Below are positions 1 through 8,872 of a DNA stretch of 64,000 nucleotides, piece by piece. The translations under genes were made by a program, and so were the position numbers. The notes under the pieces were generated by a model. It worked only from the letters and a program-made list of their open reading frames with translations. It had not been told where the DNA came from and did not search any database. Numbering within the stretch: the stretch's first letter is position 1; every line of letters starts with the position of its first letter. This stretch comes from Myxococcota bacterium (GTDB lineage Bacteria; Myxococcota_A; SURF-8). The stretch spans positions 2,624,001-2,688,000 of the forward strand of contig OZ223209.1 of NCBI GenBank assembly GCA_965140415.1. The letters run 5' to 3'.

Positions 1-57
1 GCTATCTGCATTGGATGTACACGAGAAACGGGGAAAAATCTATCAAGGAGGAAGAGT

Positions 58-624
58 ATGAAGAAGCATCTGTTTATTCTGACAGCAGTGGTTCTGGCAA
101 TGGTTCTTATAGTTGCGTGTGGTGATGACGGTTCCAGCATGAGCCAGCAAGATGCTGCTGTGGTGCAGACCGCCGTTATGGATGTTGCCGGTGAAGTGCA
201 GGGCGATGTCATGTCGCAACTGGGAAGTGCCGGAACGCAGAGAGTCATGCAGGATGACCCCTGGACGTTCAACGATGACGGAAGCTTTTCGGCGACCTTG
301 GATGGTCCGAATGGTGGAACGGTGGACGTAAGCGGATCGGGATCCATGACCGACGATTCCTATAGCTTCACTCTCACCATGACGTTCCATGCATACGTCA
401 CCACGGCTTCCACCGGTGGTGAAATCACCCTGGATGGCGAATTGGAACTGAGCTATGAAGGTTCTGCTACCAGCTACTCTGTTAGCTATAGCGGCAACAT
501 CGATGCCAGTGGGGCTGTCTCCGGCAGCGCCAATTTCGATTATCATGTTTCGATGAACGGAAACTGCATCGAATACAGTGGTAGTATCGGTGGCGTGAGC
601 TTCGATAGTTCTTACGGTTGCTAG
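58..624 (+). CDS. Hypothetical beta-rich lipoprotein
   Basis: RBS AGGAGG upstream; signal peptide ending in lipobox LIVA-C; mature part is G/S/T/D/Y-rich with alternating beta-strand pattern. Confidence 0.8.
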   Translation: MKKHLFILTAVVLAMVLIVACGDDGSSMSQQDAAVVQTAVMDVAGEVQGDVMSQLGSAGTQRVMQDDPWTFNDDGSFSATLDGPNGGTVDVSGSGSMTDDSYSFTLTMTFHAYVTTASTGGEITLDGELELSYEGSATSYSVSYSGNIDASGAVSGSANFDYHVSMNGNCIEYSGSIGGVSFDSSYGC

Positions 625-640
625 TCTGTAAATTTACCTA

Positions 641-678
641 ACACGGCGTGCCTTTACGGGTGCGCCGTGTGTGTTTTT
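641..678 (+). terminator. Probable intrinsic terminator
   Basis: ACACGGCGTGCCT-TTAC-GGGTGCGCCGTGT hairpin (with G-U pairs) followed by GTGTTTTT. Confidence 0.6.
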
Positions 679-715
679 GTCGTACGGAATTCAGAAAATA
701 ACATGGAGGTGGCAA

Positions 716-1549
716 ATGCGACGACTTGGTGCATTAGTTTTAGGTATGGCCTTATTTTCTTTGGTTGCCGGATGCGGTATCCCGGAAGAAGACTACTTGA
801 AATCGCAAAAGGAATTGGCCGATACACAAACTGCATTGCAGGCGGAAAGCACGAAGTTGGAGCAGTGCCAGCAGAGTTTGAAGACGTGTGAGGACGATGC
901 CAAGGAGGCGCAAGGAGCCTTGGTTGCACTGGGTGCGGAACATGAAAAACTGGGGCAGGAGCATAGCTCTTTAGGTGCAGACTACAGCCATCTGAAAGCG
1001 TTGCTGGCCAAAATTAAAACGGCCAACGAAACTCGTCAGAAGGCCATGGACGAACTGCTCTCCAAGTTCCAGGCCCTGATTAAAAGCGGCAAGTTGAGTA
1101 TCGAAGTGAACGATGGCCGCATGGTGATCAATCTTCCGTCCAATGTCCTTTTTGCGGTAGGCAAATCCCGCCTGTCGAAAGATGGAAAAGCGGCGGTAAA
1201 GGAAGTGGCGGAAGTGTTGAAGACCATCGACGGTCGAAAATTCCAGATCGCCGGTCATACCGACGACCAACGCGGCAAGCGCGGCTTTAATCCCAACTGG
1301 AGCCTGTCCTACATGCGCGCCCGTTCAGTATTCGATATTGTGGTGAAAGCCGGCATGGACGAGTCTCGTCTGTCTCTTGCTGCGTATGCGGAATACAGCC
1401 CGGTCGCCGATAACACCACACCGGAAGGCCAGGAACGTAATCGTCGTATCGAAATCGTTTTGCTGCCCACCTCCGATGAGTTGCCGTTGCAGCAGTTGAT
1501 GAAGATCGAGAAAATCGAAAAGAAGATCGAAACCGAGATTGAGAAATAA
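716..1549 (+). CDS. OmpA/MotB-family peptidoglycan-binding lipoprotein with coiled-coil stalk
   Basis: ATG at 716 after GGAGG; lipobox LVAG-C; coiled coil; OmpA-like motifs IAGHTDD, NWSLSYMRARSV, GQERNRRIEI. Confidence 0.88.
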   Translation: MRRLGALVLGMALFSLVAGCGIPEEDYLKSQKELADTQTALQAESTKLEQCQQSLKTCEDDAKEAQGALVALGAEHEKLGQEHSSLGADYSHLKALLAKIKTANETRQKAMDELLSKFQALIKSGKLSIEVNDGRMVINLPSNVLFAVGKSRLSKDGKAAVKEVAEVLKTIDGRKFQIAGHTDDQRGKRGFNPNWSLSYMRARSVFDIVVKAGMDESRLSLAAYAEYSPVADNTTPEGQERNRRIEIVLLPTSDELPLQQLMKIEKIEKKIETEIEK

Positions 1550-1640
1550 GCACCTGATATGATGTTGGATTTTCAGGTACTGAAAAGCTCTCCTTTAATG
1601 TCGGAGAGTGAACCAACGAATTTTAATGGGAGAAAACAAA

Positions 1641-2384
1641 ATGAAGAAAAAAATGTCTGCAATTGGTTTGCGTTGGCTTTTGCCTGCTATCCTGCTTGTA
1701 ACTGCTCTTGTACTTGGAGCGTGCGAAAGCGGAATCGCATATCGTCCCGACCTGAAAATGGAAGCCATCACTCCGTTTATCGAGATGAGCGGTTCTTCGG
1801 TCGATTCACTCTTTACTTCGAGTAAGGAGAAATTGTTCTACGATAGCAAGCGCGGTGTGGATACGCCCCCGGAACGTGGAAATATCTTTTTCCGCACCAG
1901 CCTGGCCGGTTCGCCTGCCTACGGCGTGGAGAAGATGAACCGTGGTTACCAGTATGTGATTTACAGTGACGAAGGTGGGCATCCCTGGGTTCCAGGTGCC
2001 GTTGACGGCAAAGCCAAATATCTGGTCGGTTCCGAAGAAAATGACGCTCCGGTGCTGGATTTCTTCGCGGGTCAGTGGTTTTTGTCTACCGTGGCTGCCG
2101 CGAACTATTCGCCTGTGATTTTCGCCTACGGTACGCGCCTGACGGCCTTCTGGTCGATCATGGTGAGCTACTATGCCTATTCCTCCCCGGATGTCGTTAT
2201 CCGCAATTTCGAACTGGAAAGTCTGCTGAGCGAATTCGGCGACTTCGTGTATCTGTGGGATGGCAACAACGATGGCGATGTGTACATCTTTGCTATGAAA
2301 GACGGCCAGATCGACAAGACCGTGGACGGCTTGCTGCTTGAGACTTACGACAACGAACTGTGGCGTGTCAAGATTACACCCTAG
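1641..2384 (+). CDS. Hypothetical lipoprotein
   Basis: Start MKKKMS after GGGAGA; lipobox VLGA-C; host-like codon usage; followed by a terminator. Confidence 0.75.
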   Translation: MKKKMSAIGLRWLLPAILLVTALVLGACESGIAYRPDLKMEAITPFIEMSGSSVDSLFTSSKEKLFYDSKRGVDTPPERGNIFFRTSLAGSPAYGVEKMNRGYQYVIYSDEGGHPWVPGAVDGKAKYLVGSEENDAPVLDFFAGQWFLSTVAAANYSPVIFAYGTRLTAFWSIMVSYYAYSSPDVVIRNFELESLLSEFGDFVYLWDGNNDGDVYIFAMKDGQIDKTVDGLLLETYDNELWRVKITP

Positions 2385-2407
2385 TGTTGTTTGCATAACG
2401 TTTCTTC

Positions 2408-2438
2408 AAGGCCCGCACCGAAAGGCGCGGGCCTTTTC
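2408..2438 (+). terminator. Intrinsic terminator
   Basis: AAGGCCCGC-ACCGAAAGGC-GCGGGCCTT hairpin followed by T-run. Confidence 0.75.
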
Positions 2439-2499
2439 TATGGGAGCGGGGAGTGCTCTGTGCTATAAAGATCGCGAAACGTGCAATGCGGAGAGATGA

Positions 2500-3573
2500 A
2501 TGATTCGTCGAAAAAGCAGGCTGATTCAGGTTGGAAATGTAGCTGTGGGTGGTGATGCGCCCATCAGCATTCAGTCGATGACGACAACTCGAACCTGTGA
2601 TGTCGAAGCGACGGTCGGGCAGATTATCGCCTTAACGACCGCCGGTTGTGAGCTGGTACGCGTGGCGGTGCTTAACGCCGAGGATGCGCATGCGCTTTCA
2701 CAAATCAGGGATCGCATAACCATTCCTTTGATCGCCGACATTCACTTCGACTACCGCTTGGCGCTGCTTGCTATTCAAGAGGGCGTGGATGGGCTGCGCA
2801 TCAATCCGGGTAACATCGGATCTGCCGAGCGAGTTCGGGCTGTCGTTGAAGCAGCCGCTGCAAGAGAAGTGCCGATACGGATTGGAGTCAATGCCGGTTC
2901 GCTTGAAAAGCCGCTGCTGGAAAAGTACGGTCAGCCGACGGCGGAGGCGATGGTTGAAAGCGCTCTGGCGCATGTGGCGATATTGGAAGAATTGGACTAC
3001 GACAAGATCAAGGTCAGCCTGAAAGCTTCGACACCCATGATGACGGTGCAGGCAAACCGACTATTCGCCGAAAAGTGTGATTGTCCGATTCATCTTGGGG
3101 TGACGGAAGCCGGACCTTCGTTGACCGGTGCGATCAAAAGCGCGGCAGCATTGGGAATTCTGCTTTCGGAAGGCATTGGCGATACGATTCGGATTTCGTT
3201 GACTGCCGATCCGGTGGAAGAGGTGCGGGCGGCGCGGGTACTATTGGAATCTTTGGAGTTGCGCAAGCCCGGTTTCCGCCTGGTTTCCTGTCCCACCTGT
3301 GGACGCTGTCAGGTGCCGGATATGATAGGTATGGCTCAGCGCATTGAAAGGCGGCTGGTACATATTTCAGCGCCGTTAACGGTCGCTGTTATGGGTTGCA
3401 TGGTGAACGGCCCCGGCGAGGCGCGCGAAGCCGATATCGGTATTGCGGCGGGTAAGGGCAGAGCTCTGTTGTTCAAAAAGGGTCGGAAAGTGGGCGAGTA
3501 TCCCGATCGTGAGATCGAGGAAATCCTGATCGCCGAAGTCGAACGCATGGCGACTTCCACTGGGAAAGAATAA
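2500..3573 (+). CDS. ispG: 4-hydroxy-3-methylbut-2-en-1-yl diphosphate synthase (IspG/GcpE)
   Basis: Motifs IQSMTTT, ADIHFDY, RINPGNIG, RIGVNAGSL, GIGDTIRISLT, Fe-S ligands SCPTCGRC and MGCMVNGPGE. Confidence 0.97.
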   Translation: MIRRKSRLIQVGNVAVGGDAPISIQSMTTTRTCDVEATVGQIIALTTAGCELVRVAVLNAEDAHALSQIRDRITIPLIADIHFDYRLALLAIQEGVDGLRINPGNIGSAERVRAVVEAAAAREVPIRIGVNAGSLEKPLLEKYGQPTAEAMVESALAHVAILEELDYDKIKVSLKASTPMMTVQANRLFAEKCDCPIHLGVTEAGPSLTGAIKSAAALGILLSEGIGDTIRISLTADPVEEVRAARVLLESLELRKPGFRLVSCPTCGRCQVPDMIGMAQRIERRLVHISAPLTVAVMGCMVNGPGEAREADIGIAAGKGRALLFKKGRKVGEYPDREIEEILIAEVERMATSTGKE

Positions 3574-3626
3574 GCTTGAATCTTCTTTGGTAGGGATGCG
3601 CGAGTTACGCGCGCCCGTGAAGATGC

Positions 3627-4316
3627 TTAGGCTGCTTGCTCCGTGACTTCTGCATCGCCATCTGCCACATCGCCATCTGGTGTGTCACCGTCTGCCACGT
3701 CGCCATCCGCAACATCACCATCGGGAGTGTCACCGTCTACGACATCTCCATCCGCAACGTCACCGTCGGGAGTGTCACCGTCTGCCACGTCGCCATCCGC
3801 AACGTCGCCGTCGGGAGTGTCACCGTCTGCCACGTCGCCATCCGCAACGTCGCCATCAGGAGTGTCACCGTCTACAACATCTCCATCCGCAACGTCACCG
3901 TCGGGAGTGTCACCGTCTGCCACGTCACCGTCTGCCACGTCGCCATCGGGAGTGTCACCATCGGACGTGTCTCCGTCAGGAGTATCACCATCGGGCGTGT
4001 CTCCGTCTGGTGTGTCGCCATCAGGCGTATCACCGTCGGGATTGTCTCCGTCTGCAACATCGCCGTCTGTAGTATCTCCGTCCGTCACATCGCCGTCGGC
4101 TTGTTCCACAACGCAAGTCCCGTCTTCGCAGACTTTGCCCTCTTCGCAGGTGACATCCAGACAGGCGTCCACGCAAACGCCTTCCACGCATTTCTGACCG
4201 CCGGGGCAGACCGCCACCAGGCAGTTATCGGTTGCATAGTCATCCCCCTGACAGCCGGAGAAAGCGCCCATACCGAGCGCGACGATGATGACCACATAAA
4301 GTGCTTGTTTCCGCAT
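3627..4316 (-). CDS. Cys-rich lipoprotein with 30 DGDxx acidic pentapeptide repeats
   Basis: Start MRKQ at 4316 after GGAGGG; lipobox FSG-C; Cys-rich domain; C-terminal DGD(VA/TP) array. Confidence 0.85.
   Translation of the reverse strand: MRKQALYVVIIVALGMGAFSGCQGDDYATDNCLVAVCPGGQKCVEGVCVDACLDVTCEEGKVCEDGTCVVEQADGDVTDGDTTDGDVADGDNPDGDTPDGDTPDGDTPDGDTPDGDTSDGDTPDGDVADGDVADGDTPDGDVADGDVVDGDTPDGDVADGDVADGDTPDGDVADGDVADGDTPDGDVADGDVVDGDTPDGDVADGDVADGDTPDGDVADGDAEVTEQAA
3648..4097 (-). repeat. Coding tandem repeat, 30 x 15 bp (DGDxx), with 45-bp and 135-bp higher-order periodicity
   Basis: Counted 30 DGDxx units = 450 bp; pattern TP-VA-VA / TP-VA-VV / TP-VA-VA recurs. Confidence 0.92.
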
Positions 4317-4374
4317 TCTATTTTCCCTCCGTTTGACCGGTAGCCGAACGTTATTTGTCGTTCGGGTCAAGTGT

Positions 4375-4689
4375 TCATTCGCTTTCAAGTTCGGCTTCCA
4401 CCGTATCCTGTTCGTTTTCGGTGCTGTCCATATCGCCGTCGAGCTGATCTCCGTCTGTTTGGTCGCCGTCTTCTTCCTCTTTCACGCAGACGCCGTCCTC
4501 GCAGACCTTGCCTTCTTCGCAGCTCACATCTTTGCAGGCGTCCACACACACGCCGTCCACGCATTTCTGACCACCGGGGCAAACCGCCACCAGGCAGTTG
4601 TCCGTGGCGTAATCATCGCCCTGGCAACCGATAAGAAGGCTCGCGCCAACGAGCACCACCCCTGCGATCAGGGTCGCAACGTGTTTCAT
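4375..4689 (-). CDS. Short Cys-rich lipoprotein, paralog of 3627..4316
   Basis: Start MKHV at 4689 after GGGAGA; lipobox LIG-C; near-identical CQGDDYATDNCLVAVCPGGQKCV.GVCVDAC domain; only 3 DGD units. Confidence 0.85.
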   Translation of the reverse strand: MKHVATLIAGVVLVGASLLIGCQGDDYATDNCLVAVCPGGQKCVDGVCVDACKDVSCEEGKVCEDGVCVKEEEDGDQTDGDQLDGDMDSTENEQDTVEAELESE

Positions 4690-4768
4690 GTGCGTCTCCC
4701 GCGTTGTCATTCTATTTGAATGTCGATACGGTGCTATTATAGCAGAGAGCGGAGAATTATCAACAGAT

Positions 4769-7381
4769 TCATTGCGTTGATGCGGAATTCACGCGGTTTT
4801 GTATTCCTGTATCCGGCAAACGATCCACCGACCAGCGCCGGGGGAGGTTGCCGGCTTGGGGAGCTTGCGCCAACGGCGTTTTCGTGGGTGGTGCGGCCAG
4901 GGCGTTTTGCGGTGTGCGCCCGGTTACGATCGACTTCTTAGTCTCTCCGGGTGGGTGAATCCAGCCGCTGGGGCAGACACGGTGGTAAATTTCCGGACCT
5001 GCTACGATGTAAACATCGGAACCGCCTTGAGGACGATCTAGGATTACAGCGTTTATAACATCCGAACTTGAGAGTGTAAGCGTGTGGGTAATGGCAAGTT
5101 CAGGAGATAAAATCCAGAAGGAAGAATCTCGATAGAACAGGATCTCACCGGAAGGCATTTGAGCAAAAGGATAAACTCCCCAATCAACAAGCTGGGTCAT
5201 GTTGTTGAAATCATTAAGATATCCATGACGTATTCCATTGCCAAAGTATATTTCTTTTCCATCAGGTAGTTTGTGAATACCGTAGATTGGCAGTCTTTCT
5301 GGCAGATCCGTTAGTAATTCTGCTTCCCCTTGCAGATCGATTCGGTAAACATAATGATGTTGAACTTCAAGTTCGTTAAACGGTATTGTTACATAGATTG
5401 TTCCTAAAGTGACAAAAAGACGATCCATATAGTCACGGATTTCTAATAGATTCAATGGTGTGATATCGTTCCAGGTGTTTCCTGCATCGTCTGTGTACCA
5501 GATGGCCCTAGCAGAACCCATGCGACCAAGAAAAATAGCAGAGTGTTCATCTAGTTGGTTGTAATCATTTGCTCGATTCGAGGCTCCAAAGAGAAACTCA
5601 TCTTGCCATCCCATTTGATGATCCCAGAACATAAGACTGTCTATATACTTTTCTGAACCATGCGGATCCTCTCGTTCCAGAAGTGCCAACATCCAAGTTT
5701 TATTTCCCATAAAAGCAATCGAGTGAAGGTGAGAAATGGAAGAATCAAGGGGAGAATGTGGAGTGACTTGAAAACAACCATTTTTGTAAAAGAGTAATTC
5801 AATCCAACTGATCTGATTTGATCTGCCAATCAACAAAGCATTATTTGAATAAACAAAATCGATAGAATATAGCATCGTAGAATTATATTGTTCAAATTCC
5901 ATCTGGTGTGGCAGGAACTCCATACCGTGCATGTCCCAGGTGTCGGTGACCGGATCGCCCATGTAAATGGCGCGGCGGAAGGCAATGATGCTCTTTCCTT
6001 GGGCCGTGACATTCACATTCAGAGCATTTCCCGCATAGTCGGGTACCGGTTGCGTAAAGGCGTAGGTCTGCGTTCCTTCGGAAAAAATGCGATAGTGGTC
6101 ACAGCCCTGAATCGTCACGTGCAGGCGGTTGTTGGCATCCAGAACGCCATCGGAGAGAAAAGCCTCCTCCGAACAGCCTTCCATCAGGTAGCTTCGTGTC
6201 CAGATTTTCGTCGTTCGGTCAAAGGAAAACAAGTCGCCATATTGATCCAGGATGTCGATGCGCTGCGCGCTTGTCAGGATCTTTATGGGAAAGGGGCGGA
6301 TCTCGTGGCTCAAATCCCCGGCCTCGTAGATCGTCCATGTTTCGTTTTCATAGACGGCCAGGTAAACCCGATAGAGTGGTGCTCCATCGACATATTGAGT
6401 GGGGCCAGCTACGACGATGGTATCACCGTCTGACGCAATGGCGGTTGGCAGCAGGCCAAAACCATCTTCCGTTTGCAGTGTATGTGCCACAGTTCCTGCA
6501 TCGCTCACTTGATATACGGACCCACTCCAGGGGGAGGTGATCCAAAGGCCTTCGCCTTGCCAGGCGTGTGCGTAGATCTGGGTCGTCAAATCCGGGCGCA
6601 AATCTGTTTCCCAATGATCGTCCACGAAAACATATACTCTGCGCAGGTCGTTCAACGAATGAAACATGTTTCCCGGTTTACTGGCCTGATTGTGAGGGAA
6701 TGAAACGGTGAAATCCTGCTGTAGAATCTCCAGTTCGCTATTCTTCCAGTATTCGCCATCCCATTCGGCAAAAGAATTCGCACCACTGCTTACAAGAATT
6801 TGGCCATCAGCACCAAGAAGCACCGGCTTTTGCGGTTCCAAGCTGCCTGCCATTCCTCCAATTGGATAGCTGTAGAGCCGTTGCCATGTATTGGGATAAC
6901 GCTCGGCCAAATCAGGGGCGCAGGCTGGGCGGGCACCAGGAAGGCCGCTGTTGTCAAAGATGTCAACTTCAAGAATATCATTGTCCGAAAAATCACTCTC
7001 AAGATCCGTTTCGATTTCAAGTTCCAGTTCAAATTCATTCTCGATATCAAGATCTGGGTCGAGGTCGGAATCTGCATCCAATTCACTGTCGCCATCCGGC
7101 GGTGTGGAATCCTGATCGCCATCCACGGATTCCAGCATTTCCTCGATCTCCGAGGGATCGGCATCCCGGTCCCCCGGAGGTAAAAGATCCTGTTCCATTT
7201 CCGATGGCAGATCCCGGTCCGGGTCGCTATCGCCGGAGAGATTTGCCGCGTTATCGGAAGAACAGGCGCAGAGCAGCGCCACAAGCAAAAGAGCCAGGAC
7301 CCGCAGAGGCACGTGGTACAACTTTAAAATGCCTGAATACTGCGCATCCATGAGGGCTCCTTTGCTACTGCGGTAAGCCAT
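4769..7381 (-). CDS. Large lipoprotein with acidic DGD/DxD linker and probable beta-propeller body (start may be 7351)
   Basis: Lipobox LCA-C (or LLC-A-C); D/E-rich linker; repeated W-containing blade-like segments (EWDGEYW, YENETW, TDDAGNTWNDIT). Confidence 0.72.
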   Translation of the reverse strand: MAYRSSKGALMDAQYSGILKLYHVPLRVLALLLVALLCACSSDNAANLSGDSDPDRDLPSEMEQDLLPPGDRDADPSEIEEMLESVDGDQDSTPPDGDSELDADSDLDPDLDIENEFELELEIETDLESDFSDNDILEVDIFDNSGLPGARPACAPDLAERYPNTWQRLYSYPIGGMAGSLEPQKPVLLGADGQILVSSGANSFAEWDGEYWKNSELEILQQDFTVSFPHNQASKPGNMFHSLNDLRRVYVFVDDHWETDLRPDLTTQIYAHAWQGEGLWITSPWSGSVYQVSDAGTVAHTLQTEDGFGLLPTAIASDGDTIVVAGPTQYVDGAPLYRVYLAVYENETWTIYEAGDLSHEIRPFPIKILTSAQRIDILDQYGDLFSFDRTTKIWTRSYLMEGCSEEAFLSDGVLDANNRLHVTIQGCDHYRIFSEGTQTYAFTQPVPDYAGNALNVNVTAQGKSIIAFRRAIYMGDPVTDTWDMHGMEFLPHQMEFEQYNSTMLYSIDFVYSNNALLIGRSNQISWIELLFYKNGCFQVTPHSPLDSSISHLHSIAFMGNKTWMLALLEREDPHGSEKYIDSLMFWDHQMGWQDEFLFGASNRANDYNQLDEHSAIFLGRMGSARAIWYTDDAGNTWNDITPLNLLEIRDYMDRLFVTLGTIYVTIPFNELEVQHHYVYRIDLQGEAELLTDLPERLPIYGIHKLPDGKEIYFGNGIRHGYLNDFNNMTQLVDWGVYPFAQMPSGEILFYRDSSFWILSPELAITHTLTLSSSDVINAVILDRPQGGSDVYIVAGPEIYHRVCPSGWIHPPGETKKSIVTGRTPQNALAAPPTKTPLAQAPQAGNLPRRWSVDRLPDTGIQNRVNSASTQ

Positions 7382-7410
7382 ATTACAAATCGATTGCGAA
7401 AGTATTTATA

Positions 7411-7439
7411 ATAATGCATAATAAAATGAATCCCGTCAA
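7411..7439 (-). promoter_or_regulatory. Candidate sigma70 promoter for the large lipoprotein gene
   Basis: Minus strand TTGACG-N17-CATTAT in AT-rich DNA. Confidence 0.45.
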
Positions 7440-7542
7440 GTGATAAGATGTCTGACATATTCTGTCCTGTGCGATGAATGAAGAGCATGGGTCACTAGTG
7501 TCGGCGGGGTTGCATACAATTACATACCAACCGAAAGTCAAC

Positions 7543-7578
7543 AAAAAAACGAACCCCCGGCATCTGCCGAGGGTCCGT
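7543..7578 (-). terminator. Terminator of the pyr operon
   Basis: Minus strand ACGGACCCTCGGCA-GA-TGCCGGGGGTTCGT hairpin followed by T-run. Confidence 0.75.
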
Positions 7579-7603
7579 GGGGAATGTGAATAGGGAAGGG
7601 CGC

Positions 7604-8869
7604 TCAGAGTTGATGGATGATCTTGCCTGCCGCAATGGTGGTAATGGCGCGGCCTGTCAGTGTGGCGTCCAGCCAGGGCGTGTTGCGGCTCTTCGAGCGG
7701 ATGATGTCCCTGCTATAGACCCACTCCGCATCCGGGTCGATAATGGTGATATCCGCATCCGCATCCACGCTCAATGTCCCTTTTTCCAGTCCCAGCAGGC
7801 GAGCCGGGTTGATCGTCAATTTGGCGATCAGATCCGAGGGCGAAAGCACCTCTTCTCGCACCAGGTTCAGCGCCAGCGGCAGCGCCGTTTCCAGACCCGT
7901 GATGCCGTTTAACGCCTGATCGAATTCCACCAGTTTGTCGGTTTCGACGTGCGGGGCGTGATCGGTGGCGATGCAGTCGATGGTGCCGTCTTTAAGTCCA
8001 CGACGTACGGCTTTGACGTGCTCCTCCGAGCGCAGCGGCGGATTCATTTTATAATTGGTGTCGTAACTGGTCAGGTGGGTGTCGTCCAAACTCCAGTGAT
8101 GGGGCGCGACTTCACAGGAAACAGCCAGTCCGCGTTTCTTGCCCTGCCGCACCAGATCGACAGCTTCTTTTGTGGAGACGTGTTGGATGTGGTAGCGCGA
8201 CTGGGTGAACTGCAACAACTGGATGTCACGTCCGGCCATGATGCTTTCCGCCGCCGAAGGAATTCCCGCCAGTCCAAGACGGGTGCTCATTTCGCCTTCG
8301 TGCATGCTACCGCCTGCGGAAAGATCGTGATCTTCGCAGTGCTGGCAAACCAGCAAGTTCAGGTTGCTGGCGTATTCAAGCGCGGAACGCATCACCGCCG
8401 AATTCATCAGGCAGTGACCATCGTCGGTAATCGCTACCGCACCGGATTTGACCATGTCCGCGATTTCCGCCAGTTCTTCGCCCTGCAAACCCTTGCTGAT
8501 TGCGCCCATCGGGTACACGTTGACGCCGTTGGCCTGCGAGGCCTGGTGCCGGATATACTCGACTACCGAGGCGTTGTCGCAAACGGGATTTGTATTGGGC
8601 ATGGTGGCAACGGAGGTATATCCGCCCGCTGCTGCTGCCTCGCAACCGCTCTGGATGGTTTCCTTGTATTCCTGGCCCGGCTCACGAAAATGCACGTGCA
8701 TGTCGATAAGCCCAGGAACCACCCATTTTCCCTTGGCTTCTATGGTTGTGACTTTTGCACTCTTGCTTTTGGGGGGCGCAACGATCTTGGAGCCCTGAAT
8801 GTAAAGATCGGTAACTTTATCTGTGCCGTTCGCCGGATCGATGACCCGACCGCCTTTGATGCGAATCAT
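7604..8869 (-). CDS. pyrC: Dihydroorotase (multifunctional-complex type)
   Basis: DMHVHFREPG, MPNTNP, KMNPPLR, IATDHAPH; directly downstream of pyrB. Confidence 0.95.
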   Translation of the reverse strand: MIRIKGGRVIDPANGTDKVTDLYIQGSKIVAPPKSKSAKVTTIEAKGKWVVPGLIDMHVHFREPGQEYKETIQSGCEAAAAGGYTSVATMPNTNPVCDNASVVEYIRHQASQANGVNVYPMGAISKGLQGEELAEIADMVKSGAVAITDDGHCLMNSAVMRSALEYASNLNLLVCQHCEDHDLSAGGSMHEGEMSTRLGLAGIPSAAESIMAGRDIQLLQFTQSRYHIQHVSTKEAVDLVRQGKKRGLAVSCEVAPHHWSLDDTHLTSYDTNYKMNPPLRSEEHVKAVRRGLKDGTIDCIATDHAPHVETDKLVEFDQALNGITGLETALPLALNLVREEVLSPSDLIAKLTINPARLLGLEKGTLSVDADADITIIDPDAEWVYSRDIIRSKSRNTPWLDATLTGRAITTIAAGKIIHQL

Positions 8870-8872
8870 GAT

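Noticed and set aside
716-1549. Flagellar stator motB
   Set aside because: Lipoprotein signal instead of the MotB TM with its conserved Asp; no motA or flagellar genes nearby
3648-4097. Possible CRISPR-like array
   Set aside because: Contiguous 15-bp coding units with no unique spacers, and no cas genes in the window
3643-4197. Plus-strand ORFs with TSPSGVSPS (RNA Pol II CTD-like) or His/Arg-rich repeats
   Set aside because: Antisense shadows of the DGD repeat gene, which has the RBS, lipobox and a paralog
5040-5900. Diversity-generating retroelement target explaining the low-GC segment
   Set aside because: No reverse transcriptase or template repeat in the window, and the segment is much longer than a DGR variable region
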